Under the pieces are notes generated by a model. The model did no database searches. It was not told the origin of the DNA and saw only the letters and a program-made list of their open reading frames with translations. DNA of 64,000 nt. Origin: Eutreptiella sp. 'Long Island Sound 2002' (taxonomy: Eukaryota > Protista > Euglenida). Positions 26,111 through 38,488 of this stretch are shown piece by piece (the first letter of the stretch is position 1; each line of letters starts with the position of its first letter). The stretch is taken from positions 10,974,001-11,038,000 of the forward strand of contig OZ038379.1 in assembly GCA_964036045.1 (NCBI GenBank), in the 5' to 3' direction. A program made the translations under genes and the position numbers.

Positions 26111-28681
26111 AAGGCTGCATCCCGGGCATCTTACAGGCCCGATTCCTTCAAAATAGTGTCAATGGGAGGTCATATTCATTCAGAGTAGATTTGTTGCGTC
26201 TGATGTGTAGAAGCCATGTGCAAAGTGGCTCGACTCAACTCAACAATACTTGGCACAACCATCATGGGCACCCCCCATGGTGCTGCCAGTTCGCATCAGG
26301 CTGCACAGGGGTGTTAGTGTTCAGATTAGCCAACATATCATTGGGATGAGGGGAGCTACTTTGCACATGGCTTCTAAACATTAAAATGCAACCAATCCAC
26401 CCTCAATGACTTGACCACTCACTGACAATATGTCGGAGGATTTGGGGGGGGGGGGGGGGGGGAGCAAGGTCGAGACGCCGGGAGCTGAGCCAACAGCAGG
26501 TCGAAACCATGAAAAGTTCAAAATTGCGTCTTCGGTACTCAAAAATATGGCCTCAGGACCCCCCATGACGGATACCTCTTCGAATATCCCTTTTTTTGGA
26601 GATTTCAGCCCCCCCCCCCCCCCCCCCAGTGACAATAATCTTAAGCAATTCGGCCGAAAAATTGACAACCCGTTTTGTGGATTACCCCCTCCCGTTTCTA
26701 CAACGCGTATTTCTGTGTTCTACAATGCACAGTATTGCCTACACTGCATATTTCGTTTTCTACAAAATGACATGACACACACTATAATTTCCACAATACG
26801 TAGTAAAGCGTTCTCCAACGCGCGATATATTTTCCACACGGCATAACAAATTTCATGCAAAAATGTTACATTCTCTACAATGCGCATTCAATTGGCTACA
26901 ATGCAGATTACATCTTCTACAACACACACTACATTTTCTTCGACATGCATTGACCTTTCTGCAACACACGCTACACTTTCGTTCGATTGTGTACCATTTC
27001 CACAACACGCCTTGCATTTTCTGCAGCACATGTCAACCACATTTTCTGCACTCCACATTGCAATTTTTGCAACGTGGTACAGCCTCAACTGCTGATGGTG
27101 CATACCTCGATCCACTCCTTGCGGGTCTTCTGCTTTGGATGCCCAGCAAAGATGAAGCCATATCCTGAATAAGACACAGTCAAGATGGCCATTGGTTTTG
27201 AGAGAAATACCATGACCGGAGATTCGTTGCTCTGGGATTGCTCACCAAGTAATGGGGCTAAACCACAGGAACTAGAGGAAAAGTGTGGTGCATAATTGTG
27301 TGTGTGTGGGAAATTGCCAAAAAGGCTCAGTAAATGTGCTGGTGAGTACTTCTGGGCGTATTGGTGGGTGAGAGTGTGTCAGTTGTCCATGTGATCACAA
27401 GGGGTGCTTCTGCCCCTGTGGCATCCCTGCCATGCTGGCGATGGCAACCTGTTCATGAAGGCCCTCCCAAGACTGTGAAGATATAGAGGGGGCTCGCCAC
27501 TACCACTGATGTGGCAAATGTAGCACCGGGCCAGGAGGTTCCGGGCCACTGAGTCTTCTGAGGGGGGAGAGGAGGGGAAAGGGGCACAGGAATTCGGGAA
27601 CGATGGGTCATTGAGCCACCAAATATCCCGTCAGATATTACAGTCTGCATTACAACAGCCCTCTGTCCTTCACTACAGCAACGAAGCAAGCAAGCAACAA
27701 GCAAGTCCACTGGCAGCTGTGTCAATCACCCCATCCCAACGCTGTGGGCTCAACTCTACTCCTGTCCCCTTATGCAACCACATGTGCCCTGCCCTGCCGT
27801 AACCTGCCCTGACCTGAACAATCGCTGTGGGCTCCAAATTGGGAAAACACCCTGTGGAAACCGTCCAGTTCGGCGACGTCCGTCCAGTCAAGTGTGCCCC
27901 AAACCGGCCACAGCGCAGATTTAGCGGTGAGTGTGCCACAGTTTCACTTCCCTTGCTGCGCCATTGAGGGTTGTTCCAGCCTCTACCTCCAAGACAACTC
28001 TGGGTCACGCCTCAATAACTGCCCCACGTGTCACAGGCCGCCCAACTTGTCCGATGGTGCCTCGAAGGCTCCTTGTGTTTGCAGTTGTTGCATCCAACAA
28101 AGGCGAATCTGCTAATTTGTGCTTGAATGCTGCACATTTGGGACTTTGGTGCCAAAACTTCCGCCGTAGTTTTGTGGCATATGCCTGTGGCAGGCGTTTT
28201 TCTTTTGTCAAGTGCCTTGAGGTCCTCACATGCACAACTCCCAGCGATGGACTTGGACACTTGTGCTTCTCCTTTTGCTTGATCTCACTTGGGGTTCCGC
28301 CCACTTCAGAGGGCAAGTCGCAGATGAAAAAACCAACCTTGTTCAGCGACTAGCCACAAGTTCCAACTTTCAACACGGCTCCGCAGAGCGTGAGGCGACC
28401 TATTTCGCCACGGTGGACGATATCTTTGGCTGTATGGCTCGGAATCCGAATTTGACGGCACGTACTCTGACCGCCACCACCCCCACTTTTTGCAATCTGG
28501 ACCCTGTCCAGCGTGTCCCTAACCCCATCCCAATCGCTGGACATACCCTGCCCAAATGACTCTCCAAAGGTGCCCCAACGCGGACCATTGGAGCTATATT
28601 CATGCGCCAAAGTGCACGCACAAGCGCATACATGCAAGCCTACCCGCACCTAGGCCGAACATGCACATCGCGCACTGATAC

Positions 28682-28851
28682 CATTCAGGTGGGGCCCACG
28701 CGAACTCTGAGATCATGCTGCTGCTGGGCACTGTGCCGTGGTCCAGCAGATGAGCCACGAAAGCCTCCGTGACGATCAGAATGTTGTTGTGCACTGCTTT
28801 GTCGTAAGCTTGGGTGGTGTGCCCTTTCTCACCACAGACCAAGTGGGTTAC
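28682..28851 (-). CDS. BRCT-domain exon A
   Basis: GGCAG acceptor, then VTHLVCGEKGHTTQAYDKAVHNNILIVTEAFVAHLLDHG...PPE-TG|GTATCA. This is the second half of a BRCT domain, with canonical splice sites. Confidence 0.7.
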
Positions 28852-30272
28852 CTGCCAGGACATTGGGACGGAGGCTGTTGGAACGATTCCATCATCTGAC
28901 ATGGGCATGCAACTCAAAGATGTGGTACTTTCGTGTCCTCTCTACAGCTTCGTATAGTGCAATGAAAACGCATTTTTTACGATGGCTGCTGGTAAAGAGG
29001 TTGCGGATAGGTGTTATTGCAACGCGTAGACACAGGTCATGCTTTTGCACTTCGCGCAGCACACGTCTGCGCTGTCCCCAGCATCCAGGGACGAATTTGG
29101 TGAAAATAACATAAAAAGAAGAGAAAGATGATGCACAAGCAACTTGCACCACCATGCATGGCAAATCTGTTTCAGAAATTTCGATTATTCCACTCTTGTG
29201 GCTCAAAACAGCCAAGCCCTTTAGGATCACAATGGCAAGGGTAGAATCCTGTGCCGATAGCTGAACCCCCCCCTTGCCCGAAAAACAGCTGTCGAAAATT
29301 TCATTATTTTTCGGGCCCCGGCTTGACAACACCTTAGTCTCCTTTGGGCCATTGTCCTATGTAATAAGGTGGTGCTCATATCTAGACTCAACATTTACAT
29401 AGCCACTGATATTGCATGCTCTGTGTGTTGCGTCTCCCCCAATTGTTGTGTCCGTGGTCAACAATGATGTCCTAGGTGCAAGCACTTCCATTTTGCAAAC
29501 TTCGCTCAAGTTTGCATACCAACAATCCCAGATTCCAACATTGTGCCCAAATTTCCCATGCACAGTTTGGTGTCAAAGCACAAACCTCAATGTGATGACG
29601 CTCATGCACTGTACCTATTCTCAAGTGCCTGGCACCTTTTGGCCCAAGTGGGTGGATGGCTAACACAAAATGTGCGGCATGTGTGTGATTGAGCATTCAA
29701 GCATTGTCTACATAGGCTTTGCAATGATGCATCTACACTCCATCTACCACATACACACACGAGCAAGAGGATAAATAATGGCCAAATGAGTCACACAAGG
29801 TAGCAACAAGGCCACTCACTGCCTTGTCCAATTGGCAAGTCAAACACACACAACACTCAAACAACACAATACCAACACAAAAAAAAGACAACACAAAACA
29901 AGAAAGCACAAAAGGTGGTAAGCATGCAACTTATTCTAGGACACCTACAAACCGCCACAAATACCCAAACTCAACAAACAACAGACCACACAAAGAAATT
30001 ACGCCTGCATAAAAAAAGGGCCAGCAACTATTAACTCCAACAGCTGGCGGGCAGGCTTGCGGCGGAATTGACCTAACGGCTGGCCACCACCAACAACACT
30101 ATGTTGACATAGCCCAAAGAAAGACCGCCCATGTGGTTCAAGGTCATGCCCATGTTATAGCAGCCCCGCCCCCCCCAAAAAAATTGGGCATCTATCCTAC
30201 CACACATTGCAACTGTGGAGTCTTTTGCATTGCAAGCTGGACAGGTTTTCATGAAAGTAACCAAAAAAAGAG

Positions 30273-31060
30273 CAAATTCGTGCTTCTGCTTTGGGGAGCA
30301 AGCTCTTTCCTCGCTGTGTCTTTTTCCCAATCAGGGTCTTTGGTGGCTTCAACACAGAGCACGAGGGCATCTGGTGGCCAAACGCGACTCCTTGAGTGTT
30401 GAACGGAATATTGAGAACGACTTGGAACTGTACACAAATGTGCAGTGCACATAAAAAAAGAGCATCCTCCAAGCATCCGTCCGACGCAACGACACAAACA
30501 ACGTGCGCGAAACAAGCTTCACCTGCAAGGAACGAGTGGAAGCACGTCCTCGTCAGGAATAGTCGACGTACGATGTGCGAAAGCCGTCGAAGAACTGCAG
30601 AGACGAATTCACGACCTTGTGGCGGCACTCTGAAGACAAAAACAACATTGTGGACTTCTCTGGCACTTGGTAGAGCTGGTGTTTTGTGTGCATTGCTGGA
30701 TTCGGACCCCTTGGAGCTACATACTGGATGCAAACAAAAAAAGGATGCATTTGAACTGTGTTGAACTCTCCACTGTTTGAACACAAAGCAACACAAAAAA
30801 GGTAACGACACAAATTCGTGCTTCTGCTTTGGGGAGCAAGCTCTTTCCTCGCTGTGTCTTTTTCCCAATCAGGGTCTTTGGTGGCTTCAACACAGAGCAC
30901 GAGGGCATCTGGTGGCCAAACGCGACTCCTTGAGTGTTGAACGGAATATTGAGAACGACTTGGAACTGTACACAAATGTGCAGTGCACATAAAAAAAGAG
31001 CATCCTCCAAGCATCCGTCCGACGCAACGACACAAACAATGTGCGCGAAACAATCTTCAC
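30273..31060. repeat. Direct duplication of ~250 bp, period 538 bp (30273-~30520 and 30811-~31060)
   Basis: CAAATTCGTGCTTCTGCTTTGGGGAGCAAG...GTGCGCGAAACAA is present twice. Confidence 0.9.
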
Positions 31061-31379
31061 CTGCAAGGATTCGCGAGGCACGAATGGAAGCATGTCCTCG
31101 TCAGAAATAGTTGACGTATGACGTACGAAGCCGTCTCGTACGAAGCCGTCTAAGTGAGAGTTCGCGACCTCGTCGAGGCACTCTGAGCGATGAGAGCTAG
31201 CCACGTCTCGGACCTCTTGAACGTTGAAGGAATCCGTCTGGTGGCAAGCCACCACGTCGGTAGGCACGTCGGAGTGATCGTTGAAAACAGACAACCCGTA
31301 CTTGGAAATGGTCCGGGCCAACACGTGTATCTCGTCACCAGCAATCAAATACAGAATGGGAATCCCCCGAGCTCCCAGC

Positions 31380-31565
31380 TCCCCCGAGTCTCGCTTTGCC
31401 TGCTTCCCCAAGCGTAGCTCGGGGCATAAAAAGGTACGGCGGATCCCCCAAAATTCGCTTCGCCTGCACGGCTCCCCCAAGCGCAGCTCCGGCCATAAAA
31501 AGGTAAGGCAACTCCCCCGAGTCTCGCTTCGCCTGCAAGGCTCCCCCAAGCGCAGCTCTAGGCAT
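31380..31565. repeat. Three diverged ~65-bp tandem units (CCCCCGAGTCTCGCTT.GCCTGC...CCCCAAGCG.AGCTC)
   Basis: Unit starts at ~31381, ~31445 and ~31514. Confidence 0.8.
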
Positions 31566-31875
31566 CTCCACAAGTCCCATGTTCTGGTGGAGAGACCTTG
31601 AGCAAAAAGGTAAGGTGAAGGCACACCCAACAAAGAGCAAAGGTAAAGGTCAGAGGTAAAAGGTCAAAGTGCACACAACAAAGAGCAAAGGTCAAGTTCC
31701 AAGGTCAAAGGTCACAAGGGTGCAAGTCAGTTTGGAGATGATGCAGGTCACTGTGGAGAAGGTGTAACTGACAGCAAGCAGTAAAGGCAAAAGAAAGCAC
31801 CTAGCAGCCTACAATGCGACGACCAAACATGCCAACTAATTTGCCTAACTGCAATAATTATGTATTATGTATACA

Positions 31876-33192
31876 TGAACTAACAAGCGTAGCGTCATGA
31901 CACAAGAACTTTTGCGGAGTAGCTGCGGAGTAGCGGCACGAGCAGACAATTGGGTTTACGGTGGGTGCAAAAGTATTGAAATGCCCTCCCTTTAGCATTT
32001 ACAGCATGAGGGCAAACACCTACGTACTATGCAATTGAACTTTATGACACTTGCTACTAACATCGGTGCTTGCACTCCATCATTTTGCGTTGATTCCAAA
32101 GCACAATATGCGGGTGAGACACATGCAGCCCATCCATGTCCTCAAAGCTTCACGATGCGTGACACTCAGATGGTTTATGTTCATCCTTGCTTCAAGAGAC
32201 AAATACAAAACCTTAAGGCTCCCAATTAGGAGGTGTGTTCAAATTCACCCGGATAGTACATGGAAGGGTGAATTGTACAACACAATGCAAAGCAAGCGAG
32301 CAGCGCTCAAAAGCTCAAAGACATGGAACTCGATATAGACAGCAAAATGCGGTGCCCCATGTGCTGCTGGTCTCAACACCAATAATCTGATGGGGGGCAC
32401 GGTACAAAAGGGATTGAAAACAGGAAAATGGACGACCCTTGGACGTCTCAGTTTGAATGGCATCGCATCTATACCATAAACAATTTGTCATTTGGGGCAC
32501 GCCAACTCTTCGGCAATCGCGAAGTCTCCCGAGGCAGAAGGAATACCTTCTCGAGCCTTCCGTAGGATGGGATCAAAATTTTACCCGCGCCCGCAAGGGT
32601 CGGCCAAAACCAAAACCAAACAAAACCAAAATTTGGTGCCACGCACAGGTTAGCAGCTGCTACAAGCGGAAAAGTAAGGATGCGGGCTTCAATGGGGGAG
32701 AGCTGATGAAAATGTTCTCAAATAAAATGCATCCGGGCTGCACCCGTGACAAGTGGTAAAAGAGCCTTCTCCGTTCTCAAATTGTGCAATGCCAGTAAGG
32801 GAAACCACTTCAAGTGATAGCGACATCCACACGATGCAAGCCAATCCACCCTCCACCATTGAGTGCAAAAAGTCCAAGATATCGCACTTTTGATGCCAAT
32901 TCAAACGAAAGCGGATGGTTCGCCGCTGCTGTGCATAGCGCATGACGTCGTGCCTGCAAAATCGTTCAAAAACCCAGTTCAGCCGCAAACGGTGGTCACT
33001 AGCGAAAAAACATGAACACGACTCTCCAATACGGCCATGTGGTTGGTCGGCATGGCAAATCCCTGCTCTGGCACTCCCGGGAACCTAGTGACTTGGGAGG
33101 GAATGGGCCCAATTGTGGTGGTAGCTCACGTGTTCCCTTTGCAAGATTTTGTCCTTCATGCAAAACGGAAAATCTTTGAATCTTTGAATTGA
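31876..33192. repeat. Left arm of a ~1.3-kb inverted repeat; contains the empty YR-element target site at ~32216-32217
   Basis: Reverse complement of 35109-36010 plus 41058-41399. The mirrored ORFs in the track (e.g. 32457-32759 + and 35467-35769 -) are identical. This arm has an extra ~75 bp at ~33040-33110. Confidence 0.95.
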
Positions 33193-36008
33193 GCCGCCAA
33201 CCTAAGCTTGGTTGGGGTTTGGATACATGTGAAAAATTCCTAGATCATCGAACAAAGGTTCTGTACTCCGTTTCCCATCCGGAGCCCCCGTTTGGCGTGA
33301 AGATTTCCCCGACAACTTTACCACAAGAGCACACACCCGAGGCATTCGTTTAGCGGAATTAGACGCAAGGTTTTGGTGGAAGCCCCGTTTTTGGTGCGGG
33401 AACATGCATCGAGTTTACTGAAGACGTGCCGCGAGGTACATGTTGCTTCACGGATGAACTTACCGTGACCGGCAGTGCTGAGGATGGCCTGAAGGGAGAC
33501 GGGGCACGCAGTTTGCGCTCTTGTTGCACCGTGAGAGCGTGTGCTGGTGAGGGTTGTACTTGTTGGGGTACATAGGCTCACCACCACTAGCGGAACACCA
33601 CTCCGCTGTTGGACAGAGTGTTTGCACTTCGTGCTGAAAGGGGTATTGCCGTGTGGATCCCCAAGGGAATGTGCATATCCCAAGATGTTCCCTTCATAAA
33701 GTCCGTTCCGGACCCTGGCAACTCATTCCATTTGAAAAACTCCGTTCCAGCTAAACTCCATTCCATTCCATTTTGAAACTCCTATCCCAAGATCTCGAAT
33801 ATTCTTGTCGTACTGCAGAATTTGTGTTAAATAAGGAATAATAATGGCCTCGGCCACCGCGGGCTTTTTTCCTTATCCTTATGTTCTAATAATGTGTTTT
33901 GTAGAGCCAGGATGTTTTCCTAATTTTCTAATGGAGCCCAACCTCAGGGATGTATTTTGATGTGTTCCTCATTCTTTGCTTCGCCGCCTTCGGCGGTATT
34001 GTTCCTTGAATGAATGCACATAAGCATGCATGGGCACAAAGCAGGCACAAAGCGTAAGAGGGAATTCTGAATGTGCTAAGCACGGCTAACCAAGGACGTG
34101 CAGCGAATCACGTCGCACATCTGCTCCCACCAAGTATGTCAGAGCCGACTTGTGCCGAGGCTGAGCCTTTTGGGCAGTGATCGAGTAAGGCAAGCCCAAG
34201 GCACCAAAACCAGAGCGGCAATTTCATGAACGCAAATTCGGGGTGCGAAGCACAAAAAGTTTTTTCCCACCTAGTGCTGTAGTGTGTCTCCAAGCACTTG
34301 TTGTGGAATCCGTCCCCTGGAGTTGAGGCACCGGCACTTTAATGAGGATAGTGATGAGGATGATGAGAATGACCCAGCTTGGGTTGATTTCATGGTAGAG
34401 ATGGGGAGGAAGATGAGGAGGTTCAAGAGGAGGAGGACGATGACAATCAATTGCCGACCAATCTTGCTGATTGATAGCTTTAAAGCTACTACCACCCGCG
34501 GTGGACGAAGTACATGCATTCGACCCAAGTACTCATGAGTTTAGTGTCACATGTGGACAACGCCGATGTTTTGGCTGCTGTCGGATCTGTGGCAGATTGA
34601 AACTCAGGTATCACACCTGGGTGATCGATCAATCACTCTACTGTATATACAGGTCAACACAGTCAGGCACCGTTTTGGTGCCTTTGCGGTCCCCACAGTA
34701 GCCACAGAAACGGTCAAGCGGGTAACCGGGCAGATCACGGAGTGTCAAACCACCAGGTGCCAGTATGCAATTTGCAGCCTATAGAACGGCGCTGGGGCCG
34801 CCAGCGGCAAGCTGTGGCAAAGCGCGTACAAAAGTACGAACTAGAGTCTCTGTACACAGAGCGCAGACGCTACGTAATTCGCGGTCGTCTCTGGACGATG
34901 TCTGTGTTGCGGCGTTCCTGACACATTTGTGGGATGCGGTTAAGTAAGGGATAAGTCCCTTACTTAGCCGCGTCATCTTTTCTCCTCAGTATCTGACAGG
35001 ACTTTCAGAAATTGACACAATGTTGGAACCGGATTTTTTAGGATCACATTTCTGATTCTGATTTCTATCTATTGCAGAAATTTGGCAATTTCAGAATGCA
35101 TTTTTTTATCAATTCAAAGATTCAAAGATTTTCCGTTTTGCATGAAGGACAAAATCTTGCAAAGGGAACACGTGAGCTACCACCACAATTGGCCGTATTG
35201 GAGAGTCGTGTTCATGTTTTTTCGCTAGTGACCACCGTTTGCGGCTGAACTGGGTTTTTGAACGATTTTGCAGGCACGACGTCATGCGCTATGCACAGCA
35301 GCGGCGAACCATCCGCTTTCGTTTGAATTGGCATCAAAAGTGCGATATCTTGGACTTTTGCACTCAATGGTGGAGGGTGGATTGGCTTGCATCGTGTGGA
35401 TGTCGCTATCACTTGAAGTGGTTTCCCTTACTGGCATTGCACAATTTGAGAACGGAGAAGGCTCTTTTACCACTTGTCACGGGTGCAGCCCGGATGCATT
35501 TTATTTGAGAACATTTTCATCAGCTCTCCCCCATTGAAGCCCGCATCCTTACTTTTCCGCTTGTAGCAGCTGCTAACCTGTGCGTGGCACCAAATTTTGG
35601 TTTTGTTTGGTTTTGGTTTTGGCCGACCCTTGCGGGCGCGGGTAAAATTTTGATCCCATCCTACGGAAGGCTCGAGAAGGTATTCCTTCTGCCTCGGGAG
35701 ACTTCGCGATTGCCGAAGAGTTGGCGTGCCCCAAATGACAAATTGTTTATGGTATAGATGCGATGCCATTCAAACTGAGACGTCCAAGGGTCGTCCATTT
35801 TCCTGTTTTCAATCCCTTTTGTACCGTGCCCCCCATCAGATTATTGGTGTTGAGACCAGCAGCACATGGGGCACCGCATTTTGCTGTCTATATCGAGTTC
35901 CATGTCTTTGAGCTTTTGAGCGCTGCTCGCTTGCTTTGCATTGTGTTGTACAATTCACCCTTCCATGTACTATCCGGGTGAATTTGAACACACCTCCTAA
36001 TTGGGAGC

Positions 36009-36083
36009 CTCGTGTTTTGTGCTTGCTCAAAACACTGGTTTAACTTAATTACCTCTTCATTAGGCATTTGTCAGTTTGTTCCC
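36009..36083 (+). repeat. Split direct repeat A1
   Basis: CTCGTGTTTTGTGCTTGCTCAAAACAC...GTTTGTTCCC. Confidence 0.95.
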
Positions 36084-36091
36084 TTTTTGCC

Positions 36092-36769
36092 ATGTCTGGG
36101 CTTCACGGGAGCAGCGGGATGCAAGAGGACGCAATTTTTGTGTCCGACGATTCACACGCGGAATCGGGTACGGCCAAGGAATTGGCCGAGTTGAAGGCCA
36201 TGCTCCGTCGACAGGATGCGGAGGTGGAGCGCTTGAGGGTACAATTAGCCGCCACGGAGATTGAAAAGCGCGAGGACACGGAAATCCCGGACCTCAACTT
36301 GGATGGGATAGAGGAGTTTTTGAAGAAGGAAAGAGTCACGGTTTGGATGAAGGATGCATGTGCGGTATTAAAGCAGTATGTGACGGCGGTTCCGAAGCCG
36401 AGTAGGCCAGCAGACGTGGGAGGTAAGCAAGGAGAACAATTAAGTCTCGGAGATGCGTTGGCGTACAGAATGTGGAAAGTCCTCATTGTTGCACATGCGA
36501 CTTACGTGAAGAGGTATTCGCCGGGACAAGCATCGGGGCCCAAAGGAAAGTCGGAAAATTTTGATGAGGCCATGGCGAGTGGCGGGGATTCCTGGAGATA
36601 CAAGAGTATTCAATTCAAGAAACGGGACGGGGTAGCCTACTGGTTATCCAAGGCCGGAGACTGGATACCGGTGGACGCACAACCCAGCGAAGATTGCCGT
36701 AGATGCACGGCGGCGGGAAAGCTGGAGAACTTGCGGTACTGGTGTTTCCGGTGCCCATTGTGGTCGTGA
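36092..36769 (+). CDS. gag: Gag-like ORF of the YR retrotransposon
   Basis: ATG at 36092, directly after A1. Has a coiled-coil segment (ELAELKAMLRRQDAEVERLRVQL) and a C-terminal CRRC-x10-YWCFRCP knuckle resembling CxxC..HW...C. It occupies the ORF1 position. Confidence 0.7.
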   Translation: MSGLHGSSGMQEDAIFVSDDSHAESGTAKELAELKAMLRRQDAEVERLRVQLAATEIEKREDTEIPDLNLDGIEEFLKKERVTVWMKDACAVLKQYVTAVPKPSRPADVGGKQGEQLSLGDALAYRMWKVLIVAHATYVKRYSPGQASGPKGKSENFDEAMASGGDSWRYKSIQFKKRDGVAYWLSKAGDWIPVDAQPSEDCRRCTAAGKLENLRYWCFRCPLWS

Positions 36770-38488
36770 CGAGAAAACCCGTGGCGGTATCGGGATGCCG
36801 TCGCGGGGATCGAACCACCGGGAGAGCAGAGGCCGACGTACCGGTGGTTGGCGCTTGAGTTTGAGTCGCACCGACGTGAGGAAGAACCCACAACACCTGT
36901 GGGTGTTGCAATTCGGGGTTGGAAGCCGTCTACGACGGCTGGATACGCGTCCAGTTTGCGAAGGTTGGGAGACCTTGAGGAATCCTTGGGAGAAGAGGGC
37001 AACTTGCCTTCCATCCTATCTCGGAAACTCGCTCAGCACGTTCAAAATGGTGGCAGCTCAAGTGGGGCGAGAGGCATCATCTCGGTAGTGCGGGCTTGTG
37101 AAGACCTCCAAATGGTTGCAGGGGTCGTCAAACCACTGCATTGGCGGCTTGCTAAAGCGGGGGCCCAAGCGGGAGTCCAAGAATATGCAAGTCCTGTACT
37201 GCTGCGTCATTTGGTGGATAGAACGACTTCGGATGGCGAAAGGGCGGTCGTGGCAATGGCCCTGGTGTCATATGTTTGTTTTCTTAGAGTGGCGGAGGCT
37301 GCTAGCGTACGTGTTGGGGATGTACGTGACAGCAGTTATTTGGTTTTTTGGAATAGTAAGACAGGACATGAAGGGTGGCAGAGGAGGCCGGTGCCTCCTT
37401 GGGTCAGGCCGTTTGTTGAGTGGCTTCACGACTGGGCTGAGGGACGAGGGTGCGCCAGGGACGACTTGCTCTTTCCTGCAGGGGCTCCTCAGCTCGAGAA
37501 AACAATGGCGGACTTGGTGCGTGGGACGGCATGGTCCCGACATCGGTGGCACTGTTTCCGACGTGGAGGAGCTGCAGCGTGCTGGAAGAGAGGACCGGCC
37601 CTGCCTCATTTTAAATGGTGGGGCAGATGGGCAGCAACGGCGACGGCAATGGCGTATGCGCTTGGGTACCGAGATGAAGAGGTTGTGGCCCCGCTTTGTC
37701 TACCACAGGTTTGGGGTTCCGTATCAGCGGCAGCTTTCGCGGATCCGCAGCAAGTATGGGGAGACATCATGTTCGATGAGCGGCATCAGGACAAAAACCG
37801 GCCGGTGTGGGGCCGGAGCGAGCGACGCCGAGCAGCGCCCAGTATGTTCAGGGGTAAGAGATTTGCAGGGGAACCGAGATCTGATGCGGCAGACTTGGGC
37901 AGTTCATCGGAGGACACGGGATCAGGAGTATCGGCCGATGATGGGCCGAGTGTGCGTTCGGGTGTCCGGAGGACTGCAGAGGTTGTTCCAGCGCCAGAGG
38001 CAAGAAGGAGTTCAAGAGCAGGACCGACGATGGGGAGGCCAGGTGTCGCTGAGCGGGGACTTGCGGGTCCTGCCGGTCCACTCCCCAGCGGGGGATCGGA
38101 TGCCAGCGATGCAGCGAGTGCTGGGCAGCAAGTGCCCGGCAATGGAGGAGAGAGGGCAAAGTTCAGATTCACGGCGCCGCCGCCGGGACGACCAAAGGCG
38201 CCAACGAAGTCGGGGCCATGGCGGTCAGCCGCTGAGCCTGCCCGAGGGCACCGAGGAGTCAAGCGTACGGTGGGTGGCAGAGCCCTTTCAGTACCAGCAG
38301 GCCGGAAGGGTGGCGCGGCGGTGGCGGTGGCGACGCCTTCAACGAGACGCCCGGTTACCACAAGGGTGGCGGGAGCTACACGACGACCGCGGCACAGCGA
38401 TGGAGAGTCCGGACCGGGACGGAAGCGATCCAGGACTCTACCCAGTGGAGCCGGCAGCACCAGGGGGGGGGCTCGCCAGCAACGGTGA
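36770..38488 (+). CDS. Tyrosine recombinase, in frame with gag across a single TGA
   Basis: WKPSTTAGYASSLRRL (core-binding helix), FLRVAEA (R), NSKTG (K), WHCFRRGGA (HxxR), WGRW (W) and AMAYA (catalytic Y), followed by a long low-complexity tail. Confidence 0.9.
   Translation, partial: RENPWRYRDAVAGIEPPGEQRPTYRWLALEFESHRREEEPTTPVGVAIRGWKPSTTAGYASSLRRLGDLEESLGEEGNLPSILSRKLAQHVQNGGSSSGARGIISVVRACEDLQMVAGVVKPLHWRLAKAGAQAGVQEYASPVLLRHLVDRTTSDGERAVVAMALVSYVCFLRVAEAASVRVGDVRDSSYLVFWNSKTGHEGWQRRPVPPWVRPFVEWLHDWAEGRGCARDDLLFPAGAPQLEKTMADLVRGTAWSRHRWHCFRRGGAAACWKRGPALPHFKWWGRWAATATAMAYALGYRDEEVVAPLCLPQVWGSVSAAAFADPQQVWGDIMFDERHQDKNRPVWGRSERRRAAPSMFRGKRFAGEPRSDAADLGSSSEDTGSGVSADDGPSVRSGVRRTAEVVPAPEARRSSRAGPTMGRPGVAERGLAGPAGPLPSGGSDASDAASAGQQVPGNGGERAKFRFTAPPPGRPKAPTKSGPWRSAAEPARGHRGVKRTVGGRALSVPAGRKGGAAVAVATPSTRRPVTTRVAGATRRPRHSDGESGPGRKRSRTLPSGAGSTRGGARQQR

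Noticed and set aside
28230-28559. ORF with a signal-peptide-like start and AHFRG motif
   Set aside because: Short, antisense to the BRCT gene region, with no splice or codon-bias support; likely chance.
30887-31633. 248-aa minus-strand ORF
   Set aside because: Both ends are made of local tandem repeats, and the middle has no recognisable domain.
37786-38460. 224-aa antisense ORF inside the YR tail
   Set aside because: GC-rich shadow frame, low complexity.
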